A DNA stretch of 62,921 nucleotides, counting the filler, from Pelomyxa schiedti (lineage: Eukaryota > Protista > Evosea), in assembly GCA_020536535.1 (NCBI GenBank). It is 4 parts of 4 records of this genome, joined end to end, with 100 filler letters (N's around TTAATTAATTAA, not from the genome) between each part and the next. Parts side by side here need not be neighbours in the genome. Positions count along the whole stretch, not along the records: positions 30,990 to 49,945 come from JAHLWZ010001112.1; positions 50,046 to 59,509 come from JAHLWZ010000536.1; positions 59,610 to 62,921 come from JAHLWZ010001771.1; 1 more part is not named here. One strand, given 5' to 3'. A program made the translations under genes and the position numbers. The notes beneath the pieces were generated by a model, which was not told where the DNA came from, searched no databases, and was given only the letters and a program-made list of their open reading frames with translations. The stretch's first letter is position 1; each line of letters starts with the position of its first letter. This document shows, one piece after another, positions 47,201-59,614 of the stretch.

Positions 47201-49538
47201 GTGGTAGAGGTCAATATAAAAAGTCAATAGAAATAACTCACTAATCCATGTTTGGCCTTGTTGACCACTTCGCCCACAAAAGTGCTACTTGCTTCAGGCA
47301 GGACCCCCGTTTGAAGGGTATGTGGTACTACAGACCAAACAGATACAAAATGAGGGAGGTTACATGACCAAAGAATTGGCAGGGTATTGCACACAACTAA
47401 GTGCTTTGTATCTGGTGTTATGGTGAAGCTTGGGTTTTGCTTGTGCTCCATCATGCAGTGGTAGGTCTATGTTTACATGTTACGACTTAGTCTTTATTCT
47501 CCTGTGTACAGAAAAGTGGCATCATTACACACATCTGCATTCCAGATGCATAAGACGCCGCTGGAATACGATGCCCAAATGGATGGTGGAAAATTTGGAA
47601 TGCTGCTTGCATCACACAACAGTGTTACTTGATTGTTTTTATGAATCGGATCGATTTTCCATAAGAGTGATGCAGACTGTTAATCCTCAGATGAAGGCGG
47701 TAAAAAAGAGATGGTACATTTGCATCCCATATGTAAATATAACCAAAGGAATCACCTGTCCACACGTGATGGTCGTAGAGGCACATGCACGTTATAAACC
47801 TTTCATGTTTGTGGTCACCTGCTGGGAGTTTAACATTATGAAGAGATTTTTCCTCTAGCTGAAAGAAATGATCAGTAGAACACAACAGAACCGAAATGTA
47901 TACAGGAGGAAACTCCGGAATAGTGAGAATTTGTATGTGTGATCCCGAGGAAAGCCAAATACAATTCGGAGACACTAAAATTGCTTTCTCAATTTGATCT
48001 TGCACGGAATACTTTCCACAAATATTGCCCTGAAGAATGTCAAAAAGGAAAGATTGATCTGGTAAACAACCAACGTGTCCCAAACAACTACATCACGAGC
48101 TGAACATCCCCAAACAAAATGATCCTTGGAAACAAGCGTTGATACAGCTTGACGAGGGGGACTGCTGACTTTCCTCACACAAGTAAAACTCTGTTTAGGT
48201 AAGTTGGAGGAACTTTTGAAATTGAGCAACCTGCACATCCCAAATCTTACATTCCCCACTGATGGAAGCAGACCATACAGAGTCATGTGATGAGGACTCG
48301 ACAAACCTCTTTACTGCTACTAGAGATGATATTTTTGAAGTATGGGCTACAAAGTCAACTCTGGCTTTTTGGGTCTAGGGAGTGTATTAAGTTCGTTCAG
48401 TTAGAAAACAACAAATAAGTACTTTGTCTGGGAAAATACGCCAAACAGAAATGAAACCATACTCATCTGCTAGCCAAATGCAGTCCTGAACTGCCAAAAC
48501 GGATGTTATCTGAAGGCGTTAGACCAAAAAGAAAGGATAAATTGTAGTAGTATATTGAAAAAAAAAGGGAAAAAAACAAAATACAAGGTGGCCTGAAGCC
48601 CGAAATTCCGCACATAGTATTAATGCGCCATGCACCATCTGGGAGATCAGTAGAGAAGAATTGAACATCTCACAAGGAGGTGCCCCACCAACGGAACTCG
48701 GTAAAGGAGGTGAAGGTGATTGAGACCCAACCAAACCACTCGAAGTGGAAGTCTGTGTGAGCGGTACAGGAGTTGGGGGCGTAGGCCCCGCGTAGGATGA
48801 AGACAATGACCTCAGTCGATTCCCCCTCAGTGGAGTCACCGGGGAGCTTGAAGGCAAAGGGTGTGGGAGTTTCGCAGAAGACCCTGGGGTGCGGTAGTAC
48901 GACGGGGACACATACGAAGGGGAAGCTGGCGGGGGAGAAGAAGGCAGCGAGCCAGCCATGTCCTTCCCGCCGGACGATGACCGGGTGTGAGACTGCATTA
49001 TGGGAATCGGCGGGGACGTGGGCGGGTTGGGACCTGCCCTGGAGTCGCCACCAAATGTTATCGGCTGGGACGAAGACAGAGACTTGGGGCCTGAGGCCAG
49101 TTCCTGGTCCCCAGTTCCAAGCCCTCCTCCTCCTCCCATAAGTCGTTGTGACAGGGTCAGCATCTGCTGCTGCCTCTCCGCAGACTCGCCCCTGTGGTGG
49201 TGGGATGCGGACGCGGACGCGTGGAGTGACACCGGTGTCCCAATGCCGCCCTTGGTCGAGATGTGGCGTGACACCGACCCCGATCTCGTCGTCCTGCACT
49301 TGGCCGCAGACGCCGACGACAGCGCGGTGAGGTCCTCGAGCGTGCGGCTGTGCGTGAGCGCGTGGGGCGTCTGCGCCTGCTGCTGCGAGGACGACGACGA
49401 AGGAGTCGGCGTCGGCCCCATTGTGGGACCACTGGTGAAGTTGAAGTTGAATCCGCTCCCCGGCGCACTGCTGGCCAACGACCACAGCGAGTTGGACGAC
49501 TGTGACTTGTTGTGTGCGATCGACGCGCTCATAGACAT
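44225..49538 (-). CDS. Large VPS9-domain (Rab5-family GEF) protein with S/P-rich N-terminus and a WD40-like beta-rich region
   Basis: VPS9-like segment ..MDDTVSILTWVLIQANVASLPAKLAFIKEF..FQQAL. Upstream are repeated W-ending beta strands (VWGCSARDVVVWD, VWTGDSFGYIYIWD). Exon chain and 3' end approximate. Confidence 0.65.
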
Positions 49539-49945
49539 TTTCTGGGCTCCGGGTGTCTATTCTGGGGACGGTTGGGCGGTCGTGTTCGTGTCCGTGCTTT
49601 GCGCTCGCGGTCGCTGGTGGGCGATTGATCTGGGTTTTTGTGTGAGAGTCGGGGGAAAAAAAAAACTACGGCTGCACAACGGATTATGAGTCAAGCGTCG
49701 ATCGTTTTTTCTTCCAGAGCGTGCTATTGATGAACGAGGAAAAAAAAACAATGTTTTTGTTCACAAGTTGTTTGATGGGGTGCCGAAAAAGTGCTCCTTT
49801 ATCCACGGCATTTGACCAAGGTAAATGTTGCAGTCTGGGCATTGGTAATATCCATCCCCTTATGAAGAAAAAGTGTTAATACTTCGTGATTCCAGGATAT
49901 ATTGGGGAAATACTCACACTGGCCAACCGTAGTATCTTGGATGGT

Positions 49946-50045
49946 NNNNNNNNNNNNNNNNNNNNNNNNNNNNNNNNNNNNNNNNNNNNTTAATTAATTA
50001 ANNNNNNNNNNNNNNNNNNNNNNNNNNNNNNNNNNNNNNNNNNNN
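49946..50045. other. Gap containing artificial TTAATTAATTAA linker (49990-50001)
   Basis: Same N44-12mer-N44 layout. Confidence 0.95.
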
Positions 50046-50468
50046 TTTATCACTGGGGCTAGGTCTTTTACTACATTATAATCACTACCCTATAAACTGA
50101 CACACCAATAGAGATGCCACTGACTATCGCTGCTACAGTCACTCCTGTGAATCTGACAAGCAGAAGCCTGTTGTTGAGTGGATTACCTCCCGTGTCATTG
50201 AGTCCCATTTGTGTGAGCCCATGGTTGTGTGTGCTCATCAAATAGCCTTTTGTACTGAAGCAGGTTGCTCAGAATCAGTCTCACGCAGTGCATCTGCCTT
50301 TGAGCGTCGCAGCTGATCACAGATCAAGCACTGAGTCTGGGAGGTAATTCGCTCATGAATAATGAAAGGAAACTGCTTCTGTAGAACTATATAGAAAGTC
50401 CGAAGGCTGGGAAGCTGATCAAAGACAACAAACGAAAAAAAAAAAACAGCAAAAAAAAAGCAACGTGG

Positions 50469-53400
50469 ATGGACGGCCCCACCCCAACCAACAACGACGG
50501 TAGGGCCGGGAAAGTGGTCCACTGTCTCATTATGGGTGAGCCAACCAAAGTGGCCGAGGTTTTGGCCGCAATGGCGAAACTAGCAACAACAACAACCCCA
50601 AACAAAGCCAAAAACAGTAATAACAGTCATTATGAAAATACCACCCCCAATACCAAAACCAATACAGCCCCTACTGTCTCCATCACAACCCCACTTTCAA
50701 ACCAGCAACTGGGGAACATTGTCGTGGAATTGGATTCCAGTGTACCTTGTTGTGATGATTGCGGTGGCGGCGGTGGTGATTGCCGTGTTGTGTTTCTTCA
50801 GGCCGAGAGGTCGGACTTTGTGGGGGTGATGGTGGTGGTTGTGATTTTGCCTGACATGAAGGAGTCATCCCGTGGTGACGTCATTACAATGTCGAAATTT
50901 GCAATGCGGCCGAGTGCCCGTGCTGTGATTCTGTTCAACTTCAGTGAAGCCGAACTTACTTTCAGCTCTGCGTATGATGAAGGCCAGGCTTATTTGTCAC
51001 CTCTTGGTTCTGCATTTCTTGTATGTTGCCAGTTTTAGTTTTGTGAGACTTACAGCCACAATTAGATGGACGCTGACAAGCTTTATAAGTGCTCTGGCCT
51101 TTCAGAAAGGTCATTGAAAGTCCTAGTGTCGACTGTTTTTCACTCTGCCTTAACATCACCGGCACCTCAAGGTACCTGTAAACCACGTTTCATACATTTT
51201 ATTTATTCATATGATAAAAGGCCTTTGCACCCCATCTATAAGAGTGGAACACCCAAATGTGCCACCATTTCCACAATCTGAAGGACTCATTGACATTAGG
51301 TGGATGGCTCCTCTTCATGTCCGCTCAATGTTGCATCTTCTTTCAGGTGAGCCGCATGCAGCTGTTCATCATGTTGCGATACGCGCTTGGGTGAAGGCTG
51401 GGAATTGGCTTGCTGTAAGAGAACTCCTTTGCCTTCCAGGCCAAAGTTTGTGCAATGCAACGATAAACCTCCAGTCATTGGGACTGGACCACATACCCCC
51501 ACAACTTGAAGGAATTTCATGCAACACACTGGATTTCTCTGATAATCAAATCCAAGAAATTCCTGAGTGGCTACTCCATGCCAGAATTTCCAGTGTGGTT
51601 CTGAAGAACAACCCTCTGAATGCCATCCACCCAAGCTACTTGAGGGATCGACCATGGGAGGAGCTGAAACCCTTCCTGCTGTTTGGTGAACTTCCAGTCA
51701 AGCCAGAGCAAGCCAATCCCACCAAAAGACTTGTTTTTGTGGGGGGCCCTCACTGTGTAAAAGCAGGGTTGCTGAAGTGTTTGATGGAGAAGAAAAAACA
51801 AATATCATCAGCTGTGAAGCTATTCCCAAAGACAACGGAACACAGTCCAGTTATTCAAGTGCACAAACCATTCAAGTTGGACAAGAAGGATACCTTTTCT
51901 TGGGCAGTGTGGGAATTAGGTTTGTGAATTCTCTCTTGCTATCAAACTCAAAAGGAAAAAAATCCAGGTGGTCACAATGAAGATTGGAACCAGTTTTACC
52001 CCTGCTTCTTCTTGAGTGACTCGTTGTTTGTGCTATTTTTTGATGCCTCTGTGGTGGTTTTCGGACCTGACATGCAGCAGCACCAAGCAGTCAATAAGTT
52101 GAACTTCTGGCTGAGTCAAATTGATTCCTGCTCTCCAAGAAAGAGGGCCCACCTTGCCTTGAATTCACCTCAAAACCCCAAAGTGATTCTTGTTGGGTTT
52201 TACCAGGATGGCCCACGGAGTGACTCACCATCATCCTTCAGGAAGGGATTATTCCCCCCTGTAACCAGGCACTGGGCAACCAAGATTGATTTCTGTGGAT
52301 GTTTTGCCATGAACTTAGGTGATGGTTCTGGTTATACATTCAACAAGTGGTTCCCAGATGGACAGCAGAAACACAATATCGTCCATGTAATAACTGATGT
52401 TCTGAAGAGTCATCAGAAAGCAGCCACACCAGAGCAGTGTGTGCCAGCGAGCTGGGTGAATTTGCAACGTAACATTCTGGCAGGAGCAATTTGGACCCCC
52501 TCCTTGAAGTGGTCCCAGTTTGTCAAAGTTGCCAGCAAAGTGGAGTGGAGAGTGACATCAGGAAAAACTAGAAAACAACCCAAGGAATGGGAGGAGGAAG
52601 AGCTGAGGAGGTGCATGGAGTGGCTTATTGAACAGGGTTCGATTTTCAGCATCACCAACCCTACAGATAGCTCAACAGCAATGGAAATTGTTTTGCAACC
52701 ATATTGGTTCAATGATACCGCAACAGAGTGGGTGCCACGCATCCCTGACAGCAGACCCGATGTTCAAGATGGATTCTGGAGGACTCCAAGTACCTCAGGT
52801 GGAACAAAGGTGATGATGCAAGGATGTCTGCTCAACTTTGGCTTCTTTCCAATTGAAGAATTCACAAGTGTGATGCTGTCACTGCAACGGATTCCAGATG
52901 CAACCACAACTCTTTTTTGGAGGGATGGCATGGTCATGTCAAAGAAGTGTGTATCCAGTGAGAAAGACACACCTCAAGTATTTGAGTTGTTGATAAACCG
53001 TGTTGTGGACACAGACACTCAGGCAATAAAAGTTGAGGTTGCCATGAAAACACTGTGTAACAAGGGACAAGAAATCACTTGGAAGAATAACTTAATGACC
53101 GTTGCCCTGAATCTACTCAACATAGCTGCTAGCACAACACTGCATAACGCTTCAGTAAGTCTCTTGTTCATTTGCCCCAAGTGCTTGAAGCACAATTTAC
53201 CCTCAGGTCTGGACTGGGGAAGCTACTTTGGGAATCCTTTCAATTCAGCATCAGTCATGTATAACTACATATCACAAAAAAAGATCATGGAAGCAGTGAT
53301 CAATGGCCGCGAAGATGTCACTGGTTGCATGAAGCATCCCAGTGTGGCACTGAATGAGGTCGCACCAGAGGACTTTTTCAACCCTTCCTTCAGCAACAGA

Positions 53401-54486
53401 AACAGCGTTGACCCTTCCCCACACCAAGTTACAGTACTGTATTCAAATTACAAGGAGCCAAACAAGGTTACAAATGCTCTGGAGATGTTGATGCCCAATG
53501 TGCACGCACTTAACAATGTTCCAGACCATCGTAATGTTGCCAAGTTCTTTGGAGTAACAGTGCCAAATGGTGTTCAACTCTTGGGAATGAGCGAGCACAT
53601 TCCACACCTTGTTATCCCTCCTCTCACTTTTCTTCCACCAGAATGTGCTGGCCAATCAGTCCTCTCCTTGGCTGATTTACTTGTGTGCTTTCAATCACCA
53701 CAACACATTCAAGTGACTCTGTGGGAAAAAATACTGAGTGATGTTGCAAAGGGTCTGCAACATCTCCATAGCCAGTATCCTCCTGTTGTACATGGCGATG
53801 TTCACGTTGGTCTGTGTGCTTAATCCTCTTCTTAAAAAACTCACTCATCACAGACAATGTTTTGGTTACATCCTTGGATGTTTTTGGTCCACTGTGTGTG
53901 GCCAAGGTAGAGTTTTTGATACCGTTCTATGTCTCAAAAACCACACTAACAAAAGATCACACATGGGGCAATTCCAGCAACATACACCCTCCCTACACCT
54001 GGCACCACGACAAGAACAACAAGTTTTGAAAGAAGTGTGAGAATAATGTGCCCCGAAAAGATAAAGCAACCTGACTCACCTCTAAGCCCTCAAAGTGATG
54101 TGTGGAACTTCGGTATTTTCCTCAATGCATTCCAGTATTCACATCCACAAGGAATTCTTGTTCATAATGTAATGGCACCACATTCCTGTGTCACCCTCAA
54201 ATCAACTAGAAAAGCTACTGGTAATTTTCCCCCCTTGGCTTTATTGACAAAGTACTAATATCAGGAACGCTCAGAGCCTGCATGTGCCCCTGTTCAGGTT
54301 GAGAGGTTCCAAGTAGCACATGCAGTTGCCAGTGGTTCCCTTGCTGTAGATACCGACCACTGTGTCACAGCTCCTCCTTTGCCAATGTGGGCACACCAGC
54401 TTATTTCCTGCTGCCTTGTCACTGAACCATCAGGCAGACCAACAATGGTTGCTCTCAACAACATCTGGGGCTACTGTGCGTCGTAG
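50469..54486 (+). CDS. Degenerate Roco-like protein (LRR - ROC-like - COR-like - kinase-like)
   Basis: LRR LDFSDNQIQEIPEW..VVLKNNPL. ROC-like KRLVFVGGPHCVKAGLLKCL..WELG..FYPCFFLSDSLFVLFFD. COR-like WVNL..CMEWLIEQGSIF..VLQPYWF. Kinase-like HRNVAKFFGV..DVAKGLQHLH..HGDVHVDNVLV..SDVWNFG..CL..EPSGRPT. Stop TAG 54484-54486. Confidence 0.75.
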
Positions 54487-54527
54487 GAGGACTGGAATCA
54501 AACTTCGTGTGCCAAATAAATTTAAAT

Positions 54528-55225
54528 TGTCGAGCTCTTATAATGCCACTGAAAAAGGGACATCAAAGAAGACCACCTGTGGTGGACCCAATGACAAAAA
54601 CACTGTCTGGGCATGGGAGGACGTCGGTACTAATCACATCGCGGTAAACAGTTTCATTAAAGACCATCATTATAAAAAATACTTCCCGGAACACACCATC
54701 ACATCAAGCACATTTCTGCTGAAGTTGCGATCGACGCACGACACCAATTCGTTGCGATGTGCTTCGCGTTGTGCCCACCACCCACAATCCGATATCGGGC
54801 GTTTGTGTCGCCTGCTCGCATCTCCAACGACGTCGCTCGGCTCATCGGTGAGCGTTGGGTGCTCACTCCCGTACGTCGCTTCATTGTCGAGAGTGAGAAC
54901 GAGTCGTGTCGGCCCGTCGTCGCGTCGATCGGCGCCACGCTTGGCGTCGTGAGCGCCAAAGAGACCAACGAATGGACCAACGACCACACCTTTTGGTGCT
55001 GGTTGGGATGTGACAGTATCCTGGGGAGGCTTTGGGGGGAAGATACTTGGACTGACCTGATTGGGGTTGGCGATGAAGCCACTCATTCCAATCTCATCAA
55101 CTAAACGGATTCTCTGTGAATCTCTCGGTTATCTTAAAAGGGCCTTCCCAGCCAGTTTCTATGGTATCGAGGTGTGCCCCCCACATTCTCGGCTCCTCTG
55201 GCACACGGTTCCTTTTGGAGATCAC
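54528..55225. repeat. Repeat copy 1 (related to 55326-56301, lacks about 260 bp)
   Basis: Both copies start TGTCGAGCTC and share colinear sequence through GGAGATCAC, with SNPs and small indels. Confidence 0.9.
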
Positions 55226-55325
55226 NNNNNNNNNNNNNNNNNNNNNNNNNNNNNNNNNNNNNNNNNNNNNNNNNNNNNNNNNNNNNNNNNNNNNNNNNNN
55301 NNNNNNNNNNNNNNNNNNNNNNNNN
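55226..55325. other. Assembly gap (100 N) between two related repeat copies
   Basis: N run. Confidence 0.98.
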
Positions 55326-56301
55326 TGTCGAGCTCTATAATGCCACTGAAAAAAGGGACATCAAAGAAGACCACCTGTTGTGGACCCAATGACAAAAACA
55401 CTGTCTGGGCATGGGAGGACGTCGGTACTAATCACATCGCGGTAAACAGTTTAATTCAAGACAGTACATTATAAAAAATACTTCCCGGAACACACCATCA
55501 CATCAAGTGACCGGCGAGCACATTTCTGCTGAAGTTGCGATCGACGCACGACACCAATTCGTTGCGATGTGCTTCGGGTTGTGCCCACCACCCACAATCC
55601 GATATCGGGCGTTTGTGTCGCCTGCTCGCATCTCCAACGACGTCGCTCGGCTCATCGGTGAGTGTTGGGTGCTCACTCCCGTACGTCGCTTCATTGTCAA
55701 GAGTGAGAACGAGTCGTGTCGGCCCATCGTCGCGTCGTGTTGATCGGTGCCACGCTTGGCGTCGTAAGTGCCAAAGAGACCAACGAATGGAGCCACGACC
55801 ACACCTTTTGGTGCTGGTTGGGATGTGACAGGATCCTGGGGAGGCTTTGGGGGAAAGATACTTGGACTGACCTGATTGGGGTTGGCGATGAAGCCACTCA
55901 TGCCGATCTCATCAACTATATGCAGGGCCATGATTGATGCACACTGGAGTGACTCTCTGCCGTTTCCGTACTCAAACAAACAGGTTCTGAAGTACCACCT
56001 TGTTCTCCCTTTGTTCATTTTCTTCCACCTTTTATGCCTGTGTTCTTGATTCTCAAACTTCTTCAGGTTCCAGGTCTGAGTAGAACAGGGTGCATCATCC
56101 ACTGGTTGCTTTCCCCTTTCCTCATACTTCTTTAACCTAGTACTAGCTGTGTGGGAACCCTCTCTCGTTTTCCAGCTGATACGGATTCTCTGTGAATCTC
56201 TCGGTTATCTTAAAAGGGCCTTCCCAGCCAGTTTCTATGGTATCGAGGTGTGCCCCCCACATTCTCGGCTCCTCTGGCACACGGTTCCTTTTGGAGATCA
56301 C
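55326..56301. repeat. Repeat copy 2 (contains extra segment about 55919-56180)
   Basis: Direct comparison with 54528-55225. Confidence 0.9.
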
Positions 56302-56610
56302 TCTGTGCCCCTTTTTCCTTTTTCCCCCTTTTTCCTTTTTCCCCCTTTTTCCTTTTTCCCCCTTTTTCCTTTTTCCCCCTTTTTCCTTTTTCCCCCTTTT
56401 TCCGGTAACTACTGAACAGCTTGGTTGAATTGGATCCAAGCTCCAGTTATATCTTGACGCCCTTGCACATCAGGGAGAGCTCTCCCAACATCGCACCTAG
56501 AAACCGCCTCATTGGCTATTTCAAGGGCTACTTTCCTTTTTGGCGGTTCTCCTCTTCTCCTGGGTAACTCCTCTCTTTCCAAATAACCTTACAAGCAGTG
56601 CGGAACGGAT
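56143..56610 (-). mobile_element. Degenerate LTR-retrotransposon (Ty3/gypsy-like) integrase remnant
   Basis: Minus-strand WEGPFKITERFTENPYQLENERG resembles the gypsy integrase C-terminal W-x-GP-[FY] motif. Upstream EAVSRCDVGRAL resembles an eroded zinc-finger CxxC. Frames are broken and no RT or LTR is seen. Confidence 0.4.
56308..56401. repeat. Polypyrimidine tandem repeat (C5T5C2T5, 17 bp, about 5.5 copies)
   Basis: Read directly from the sequence. Confidence 0.9.
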
Positions 56611-56981
56611 AGAGGATTCCAGTTGCCGATTCTAGTCTGTCCTTCTCCCTTTTTTTTCCCCAGCTAACAAATACAGTTTGCCGGCTGAATGTGGTTTGTC
56701 CCATTTATTGGCTTTCTGCTAACAAATCCACGCAGGTTCACAGGCGACCATTATTTGATGTCTCTTGCCAAAGAGCAAGAGAGGCTCCCTGCAGGTTCGT
56801 TCTTTCCACTGGCTATTATTTTGTATTAATTATTTTGTAGAGTACGTGTCAGCCTCTCTGTTTCAAAAAACACCACCATCTAGTGCTCTTGGTTGGCAAC
56901 CACGCAACCAAACTGTGCACTACCTTAGTTAATCAATTTGGAGGCTCACTTTCGTGAACGTGAAAAAATCAGTGCAGAAAA

Positions 56982-59509
56982 ATGTCGGCAGGAAGGGTCC
57001 GGGTAGTGAATGGCACGGTGACCCTTGGCTCAGGCACGTACACGGGGCGCCTCATTGACGGCATACCGGATGGCAGTGGTACATGCACGTGGCGAGACGG
57101 CACCACCTACGAGGGCGAGTTTAAACAAAAAGCCCGACATGGCCATGGGGTGTGTAAGGATGCCGACGGCGGCACCTACAACGGCGACTGGGTTAGCGAA
57201 AGGAGGCAGGGGTGGGGGGTGCAACACTACGCCTGTGGGTCGTGGTACCAGGGCCAGTGGGCTATGGGCACCTGGGTGAGGGGAACGTACCACGACAGCA
57301 ACAAAGTCGACGTCAAGTACGGTGAGTGGAAGTGGGATTTTGTGATGGAACATATCTTGGAGGGATATGTTCCCCCAGATGAGTTTTACTTGCAAGGGTG
57401 GGGTGTGCAGGGGAGGGAAGTGAACAGGCTGGATGGGAGTGGTTCCACAATGGTGGCGGTGTATGAGGGTGAGTGGGACAGGAACGAGTGGCACGGGAAA
57501 GGCACGTGGGTGTCACCAGATGGATCGGGTGACATCTACCATGGCATGTGGGACCACGGAAAGAGGAGTGGCGCAGGGAAGATGGTGTTTGGCGAGGGGG
57601 GGAGCTACATTGGGGAGTGGAAGGACAACAAGTTCCACGGTCGCGGTGTGAGGCTGTGGGCAAATGGTGACAGGTACGAGGGCCAGTGGGTGGATGGCAA
57701 GGAGAACGGGGAAGGAGCAAGGACGTGGTCCAGGGATGGGTCATCCTTCGCAGGGTCGTGGGAGCTTGGTGTGCCAAAGAGGGGGATGAAGAGGTGGCCA
57801 AATGGAGACCTGTTTGAAGGCGCCTTCACGGGTGGAGGTGGTGGTGGTTTGGAGCTGCAAGGGAAGGGTGTTGCAACACTTCCCTCTTCTGAGGGGCGCA
57901 ACATGGTGCAATTGAGCGGCATCCTCAACAATAACAACATATTCCAGCAAAGCACTTTCCAGCAACATAAGATGGGCTCACCACCCTTTGAGATGTTTGA
58001 GGTGTGTTAACAGCCTCACTTTTTTATTTTTGTTTCTGATCAAAGGCACTGAAAACTGAGCACACCAAGGAAATGAATGCACTCAAAGAGGTCCTGAATG
58101 CAGCCAAAAAACAGTTGGAGGTGGGATTGGTCTCATATTGATTTTCTCTCACTTTCACTTAAAGCAAAGCAAAGGAACAACATCTTGAGCAACTGAAACA
58201 AAAAGATGAGGATCACAACAAGCAGATTGAGGTGTTTCAAACCCCCTCCCCCTTGTTTTTCCCTTTTTTCTGATCAGAGGGTTGGATTGGAATTAAATAA
58301 GGCACATAAAAGAAATAAATGCAGCCAAAAAGCAGTGGGAGGTGTGTGTTGTTGCTCCATTCCCATGACATACCAACATCCAGGTCAATGAAACGAATCA
58401 GAGCCAGCAGCTCAAGCAAATGAACCAGACAATTGAGGAGATGGAACAAAAACTGCATAAACAGATCCAGCTATACGAAGATGAAACCCAACTTCTTCCT
58501 TTGAAGGAGAGTTCAGGCATCACTGAGAACAAAGGCACGACAGTGTTGCCTGAACTGATGGCAGCTTTCAAACTGGCCACACAGTTCAGATCCCAGTTGA
58601 AACAATCAGCACCTGAGTTTGTATTGCTTGAGGAATCACTCAACGAAATAACAAGGAACCTCCAAGGAGCCAAACAGCGCAACGAGGAGCTGGCATCACA
58701 CCTGAGGGATCTTGCAGTGTTGAAGGACACACTGGGAAAGCAACTTGAAGAAACTCGCAACACATGCAAGAAGGTTCTTGGGCAAACACTGACGGCTCAA
58801 AACAGCGATGCAGAGATTCAACAGTGCTCAAGGAACATCTCTGAGTTGACAAAGAAGGTGCTGGGAATCAAACCAGTTGATGGAAAGGTCTTTGAACCGT
58901 CACCACCTGAAGGTAATGACCTTCTCATTCAATACGAGCCACTTCTAATTTGCTGAAACAGGCAGTGATAGGTTGTTGAATACAAGTCCAGATTACTTTA
59001 CTTCTGGTGCCACCACACCAGTGGAACCTTTCCATTTTATGGCATCACTCACTGACACACTCATGCAACTTCAAGAGTGCAGATTTGAGGAGTCCACAAA
59101 GCTTGCAGACCAACATACAACACTTTCAAAGGAGCTCTCGGAGCAGGTCGCACTTGGTCACAACCTCCACAAGCAAATCGAGGAAATGCAAGTGTCAAGC
59201 TTGGAACTGATGAGGGAACACAAAACCAAGTGGGTTCTGAGGCGAGGGCTTGAGGGTGATGAGCAGTTCATTGCGTTGCCTTGTGTGTGGTCTCAGCTCT
59301 CTCAGATGCTCCCTCAGGCTCAACAAGCAGTTTTTGAACTCATTTTTGCTGCTAAGGTCACTGCTTGTGGCAACCAACAACCACCAGCCAACCCTTCCAG
59401 GGTTCACTGCAGCAACCACCTCCAAATCAGTATCTAGTGCTAATTCCAGCACCAACAGCAGCCACGAGGAGGTGGCCATGTGTCTTGTGTGTGATGAGAG
59501 GGAACCCAA
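56982..59509 (+). CDS. MORN-repeat protein with coiled-coil region and start of a C-terminal RING; truncated by gap
   Basis: Many YxGxWxxGxxxGxG repeats (YEGEFKQKARHGHG, YNGDWVSERRQGWG, YHGMWDHGKRSGAG, YIGEWKDNKFHGRG). Heptad-rich exons follow, then EEVAMCLVCDEREP at the gap. Confidence 0.88.
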
Positions 59510-59609
59510 NNNNNNNNNNNNNNNNNNNNNNNNNNNNNNNNNNNNNNNNNNNNTTAATTAATTAANNNNNNNNNNNNNNNNNNNNNNNNNNNNNNNNNNN
59601 NNNNNNNNN
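59510..59609. other. Gap containing artificial TTAATTAATTAA linker (59554-59565)
   Basis: Same N44-12mer-N44 layout. Confidence 0.95.
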
Positions 59610-59614
59610 TTTAG

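Noticed and set aside
42278-49538. One giant VPS9-WW-UBA-RING gene
   Set aside because: A plausible stop at 44225, an AT-rich spacer and a fresh MGxxxS start at 44060 favour two genes. A fusion is not fully excluded.
49750-50330. Possible exon fragments on each side of the 49946 gap (..DGYYQCPDCNIYLG.. on minus; ..YRCYSHSCESDK.. on plus)
   Set aside because: Too short and truncated to support a gene call.
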